Origin: Chrysomallon squamiferum
Taxonomy: Eukaryota; Animalia; Mollusca
Direction: 5' to 3'
DNA length: 64,000 nucleotides
Assembly: GCA_012295275.1 (NCBI GenBank)
Contig: CM022673.1
Location: 6,076,001-6,140,000 of the forward strand
Below are positions 59,647 through 64,000 of the stretch, in pieces (the stretch's first letter is position 1; the number at the start of each line of letters is the position of its first letter). The translations under genes were made by a program, and so were the position numbers. Below the pieces are notes generated by a model, which made no database searches, was not told the DNA's origin, and was given only the letters and a program-made list of their open reading frames with translations.

Positions 59647-59982
59647 AATCTGTATTTAAAAATATGAATAAACACACTGATTTAATAAATATTTTTCTGA
59701 TAACATTGGTTTCCTATACAAACGTTGCTAAAATCAAGTAATGAAAACAAGATGCTATTAAACACTGTTTCTCTGATATAATTAGCTGTAAAAAGTTGTT
59801 TATTTACAGTATCAACAAAACCTGAATAAACCACCACTCTTAAAGGCCACCCTGTGGTTCCGAAAATCCAGCAGACGATAAAGGCCTTCTAGCATAAACA
59901 TAAACCTTTGGTGTAATAATAAATACAGAGAAGAGGAGGAGGTCGGAGGGAAGGGGGAATGGAGAGGACTGAATGCAAGTGG

Positions 59983-60206
59983 GCCATTTCTTTCAACGTG
60001 TGACGGTGGTAAACAATAACACAATGATGATTACGTAATTCGTAAATTAAAAACAATGGCCATGCTTGTTTCAAACTGGATTTGGTAAATTGTGATGTAT
60101 TAATAATTACGTAATTCGTAAATTAAAAACAGTCGATCTGCTTGTTTCGGTGTGACGTTGATAAATTGTAAAACAATAAAGATTACGTAATTCTTAAATA
60201 AAAACC
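59983..60206. promoter_or_regulatory. 76-bp degenerate tandem repeat x3, each unit with a perfect ATTACGTAAT palindrome (PAR-bZIP/D-box consensus)
   Basis: ATTACGTAAT at 60030-60039, 60106-60115 and 60182-60191; matches RTTAYGTAAY. The repeat is certain; regulatory function is inferred. Confidence 0.55.
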
Positions 60207-60722
60207 AAAACATTGTAACGTAACCAAGGATAGTTTGTTATCTGCGCTGTATATCTAAAATTGATACCAACTATTACCGTTATTAGCTAAGCCCTGGCTA
60301 ATACCATCAGAATGTAAACGTATTTTTTCTCTTTTGGCTGGCTGATGAGAGTAAATTAAGCGTAATTTATTTTCCGGATGTAAAGTAATTAACGAATGCT
60401 GGGAAATGTTAGTTCAAAATGTTGCATATTAAATGGTATTAGAATAATATTAATACAAAATAGACCAAATAAAAATTAAATAAATAAAAATAAATATTAA
60501 AAAATTAATTAAACGGAAAATTAGTGGCGTATATCAAATTAACTGATATTAAACCCTGTTTACAAAAAAATATATATATTTAATTTAATAATTAGAAAAG
60601 AAAACTACAAAAAAAAATTAAAAAAAAAAAAAAAATTAAAAAAAAAATTAAACTGAAATATTTCGAGACTTGATTTTTATTTATTTGTTTGTTTGTTTTG
60701 TTTTGTTGGGTTTAGGGTTTTA

Positions 60723-60762
<40 letters not shown>

Positions 60763-60932
60763 TTCTCGCTGTAAACAGCGTAATCAAATCAAGTTTTACG
60801 GTTCCTTTTAATATTTAAAAAACCTGCACGCGCAGTAAAAACTTAGGTACGCAAATTAAGGAACAATCAAAGACTGGATTCTAAAAGTGCAGACAATAAG
60901 CGCCAGCAGACCCCCCGGCACGAAGACAGTTG

Positions 60933-60951
60933 CACGTGCTTGAAGCACGCG
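60933..60951. promoter_or_regulatory. Tandem E-box CACGTG-N7-CACGCG
   Basis: CACGTG at 60933-60938, 7-nt spacer cttgaag, CACGCG at 60946-60951, in a GC-rich patch ~400 bp into intron 1. Confidence 0.45.
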
Positions 60952-61333
60952 TTACCGATATTACATTTCCATAGAGGTTCTGTTTGGGTGAAGTTAAGTA
61001 AGAAACCACTTATGACGTTGACAAGTGAATTACGAGAGAATAACGAGAAAGAAAAAACGAAATGAGTTAGACACCCGTCTTGTTTACCTAACCAAAATAT
61101 ATACACATAACAGATTAAATAATCATTGACATGCCGTTGCCTATGGTAACATATTACTTTTCAAATACATTTAAGAAAACATGTGTTGTTGTTATTGTAG
61201 GGTTTTTTTGTTGTTGTTTTTTTATGTGATCAACGTGACGTTTCTGTTTGGAAAAACCTTAATATGGCCCCTTTGTGTAAAAGGGACAGAAGAAAATTTG
61301 GTTGGCGGTAAAAAGTTGAAGAGAAATAACTGT

Positions 61334-61339
61334 ACTTAC
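61334..61339 (-). other. 5' splice donor of intron 1 (CAAA|GTAAGT)
   Basis: Plus strand acttac at 61334-61339 reads as consensus GTAAGT on the minus strand, exactly where Erg similarity ends. Confidence 0.92.
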
Positions 61340-61415
61340 TTTGTCCGTCGAATTTTTTGATGATGGTATCAATAAAGATATTTGGTGGAGCAACATGGCC
61401 TCGCCTTACAGGCAT
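61340..61415 (-). CDS. KCNH2: First coding exon (PAS-cap/eag domain N-terminus) of an Erg-subfamily voltage-gated potassium channel (KCNH2/KCNH6/KCNH7-like); the rest of the CDS lies beyond the left edge of the window
   Basis: Minus strand ATG at 61415 in A-rich context (aaaATG) translates [25 protein letters not shown] plus 1 nt, 20/25 identical to recalled human h[35 protein letters not shown] distinguishes Erg from Eag and Elk. It is followed immediately by GTAAGT. The 76-nt phase-1 exon matches the exon-1 boundary of vertebrate KCNH2. The symbol denotes the subfamily, not 1:1 orthology. Confidence 0.95.
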
Positions 61416-62578
61416 TTTTAACACGTTCCTTGTCTTAGCTCATAGTTAAAAACGACACGGTAACTCCGAAAACGGAAGGTTAACTTAGGCAGTGGAACCA
61501 AAAACCAACAAACATTTCAACAGTTTCTCTGAAGAGCCATCGTTTCTCGGCAGAGAGGTAAAACAACAACAGAAGAGGAAGAAGAAAGAATTCACTACAG
61601 ATCGGGAGAATACACAAACACTATCCTCAGTTCTTGACAGTTTACGCAAAATCAGCAGCCGACTTGGCTGCTCATCGTAAAAGCACTGTTAGTAATATCG
61701 ACTATTTTCGCTATTCGTATTCACAGGAATGTCTGTTGGACTTGTTACTTCAGCTGGTAAATAATGTCTGTCCGCCGCTCTCCAGCCGCATTACTGCACT
61801 ACACGAGCAGCGCAGATCACTCCGCAAGATTCTGGTCGTTTCTCAGAATGGTTCCTCCCGTCTTTTGGCGTCGACAGCAGCGCCAGTGTCAACATCTTCC
61901 AGCACATTTGCTTTTTTTGTCGCAGAATTAGAATAAAGCAACCCAATTTCTGATCGTTTGACTAGGTGTGCCGAACCATGTGATGCGAAGAAATGGCAAT
62001 ATTGATTAGTTCGACTGTTGTGCCATTAAGGAAAAAACCTGCAGGGCACCTGGTTAAGTGTTGACAACGGCCGATCAAAGGTGCGTTGATGGCGTCCCCA
62101 GCGGTGACGACGTTGTAGAATTAAACCTAGAGCATGTTTCAATTTACCATTTCTTTATTTTATTTATTTATTTTTTTTTCTCTCTCCCTCTCTCTCAAGT
62201 CTTAAGCAATAATAATTATAAAATCTGTATTATTATTTCCTATGCATGTTTTGTTTTATTACTGTGGATGTTTAAACGTAACGCAGTGTGTGTGTATAGA
62301 TGTGGACGGAAGAACCATCGCGATCAACTAAATAAAAATAAATCTTATCTCATTTTACCCTGGTACCAGTCAGTGACCTGCGCACTGAGATATCTCTTGT
62401 TTGACCGTCTTCACAGAATTACTGTAGACATTACTCTTGAAATCACCTGAAAATCCTTTAACAGCTAGATGTATTGAACAGATCTTGGAATACACATGAT
62501 TAGCACTTGTTTATTTACTTAGTGCTGGTTTGTTTATTTGTTTCTTTAATAATATATCATTCTGTTCATTTAAATCAA

Positions 62579-62623
<45 letters not shown>

Positions 62624-64000
62624 CACGTATTCGTATATTTGCTTTTTAATGTAGATATATATATATTTTTTTTTATCTTAAAACGGAAAGAAAAACTTTT
62701 AAAATTATTTTTATTTGTTTGTGTGAGCACTTACATGCTTGTTATAATGCTGTTGTATTTCAGTAGCATACTTTTAACAACAACGGTTATTGAACGTATT
62801 ATAACACAATCATTTTTTTAATTAATTTATTTATTTTTTATTTTTTATTGTTGTAATATATGATAGAGAAGAAAAGATGTTCTTCAATGAGATGATCTTA
62901 TTGTTTAACAACTTCATTTATTTGATACAAATCTTTTCATAGACAAGAAAACACATACCACAACCTTTAATAAGCCTCAGTTAAGACTGAATAATAACTT
63001 GAAGATTAATCCTGCTACCTAACACGCCTTAGGATAACGCTGTTTCCAGTAAGCTAACTGATCACTCTCTTAGAGATGATAATTACAACTATTCGATGAA
63101 AACAATGGATCCGGTTCATAATTATTATTAACTTTGTAAATAGCACACGCATCCTTAAATTTTCGTTATAAAATAATTCAAGAACATTAACCACGGTTAC
63201 ATCCACCGCCAACGAAGATACAACAAGCAACCTTTGTCTTGAATGTATAAGCACGCCTTCTTGGACAAAGAGTCTCGTAATGATAAATCAAAACTTATAA
63301 CGGAGCCAGCATCCAACACACTATAATTTGTATAAAGGTCAGTATACCAAAACAAAGCGTTATATATACTATTTTTTTTTCTTTAGATAGGTCAGTATAC
63401 AGAGAACAAACCTGGTGACCTAAGATTTAAGTTCAGTGTATTGTCGTGCAAATATTCAATTAACGTTCAAGATATTGCTGTACTGCGCACGCGATCAAGG
63501 CGTCTGGAATATCTACCGAAATCAGCGCCGTGTTTTAGCTGGTTAGTCAGTAAATGGTGTGGTGTAAGTGGATTTACACCTATGTTATTAATTTTGCACG
63601 AGAATGCGACTTGCCTGCGCCATCGGTATCTGATAACGTTAAATTAAGTAAACGAATGAATATTTGTTCAAAGGTATCCTAAAACATTTTAATAATATTA
63701 GTTTCATGTAGGTTTCCTATAATGTTTGATATAAAAAGCCAAAAATAAATAATAAATAAATAAATAAATAAATAAAAATAATAATAATAATAATAATAAA
63801 TAATAAAAAAATCCTTCCGTACGCATACATACCAAGGGTTTTCAATATACTCATCTGAAATGCGGTCACTTTTTGCATCGGGTAAAACGAACCACTGATT
63901 GATTACCTATTTCTTACGAGGCATGCGCAGTACTACAAAAGATTACGTGGAGTGAATTGAAACCAAAAATTATGAAATAGTTAAAAGAGTTTATTCCATT

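Larger units (their letters stand above)
59850..64000. promoter_or_regulatory. CpG-retaining (putatively unmethylated) promoter, 5' UTR and proximal intron domain
   Basis: CG dinucleotides are rare through most of 1-59800 and become frequent from ~59860 to the end, with the densest stretch ~61440-62120 upstream of the ATG. The TSS cannot be determined from sequence. Confidence 0.7.

Noticed and set aside
61634-61936. 100-aa plus-strand ORF (and 62058-62450) as an antisense or divergent gene
   Set aside because: Non-ATG starts and no recognisable homology; the first is explained by the higher GC of the promoter/UTR and the second partly by T-rich low complexity.

Overview
AT-rich (roughly 70% by eye), microsatellite-dense animal genomic DNA. 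It is probably an invertebrate with gene-body CpG methylation; the repeat landscape looks cephalopod/mollusc-like, but that is inference. The only coding sequence I can support is a 76-nt first coding exon on the minus strand (61415->61340) encoding [25 protein letters not shown], followed by a GTAAGT donor. This is the PAS-cap N-terminus of an Erg-subfamily (KCNH2/6/7-like) voltage-gated K+ channel. I found no exon 2 (PAS core), so positions 1-61339 appear to be part of one giant first intron of over 61 kb. That intron is CpG-depleted and built from microsatellites, minisatellites, local duplications and short high-complexity enhancer-like islands, while a CpG-retaining domain (~59.8-64 kb) surrounds exon 1. 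Most notable observations: (1) a candidate circadian control module in proximal intron 1, with three perfect ATTACGTAAT D-boxes at exact 76-bp spacing and a tandem E-box with 7-bp spacer; (2) a stack of short uORFs ahead of the start codon; (3) an AG|GTA-dense array containing a recursive-splice-like site ~20 kb into the intron; (4) a 32-bp satellite that records CpG decay and carries Pumilio-type motifs on the transcribed strand. Nearly all ORFs in the supplied track are repeat artefacts. No database searches were run; family assignments are from recalled sequences.
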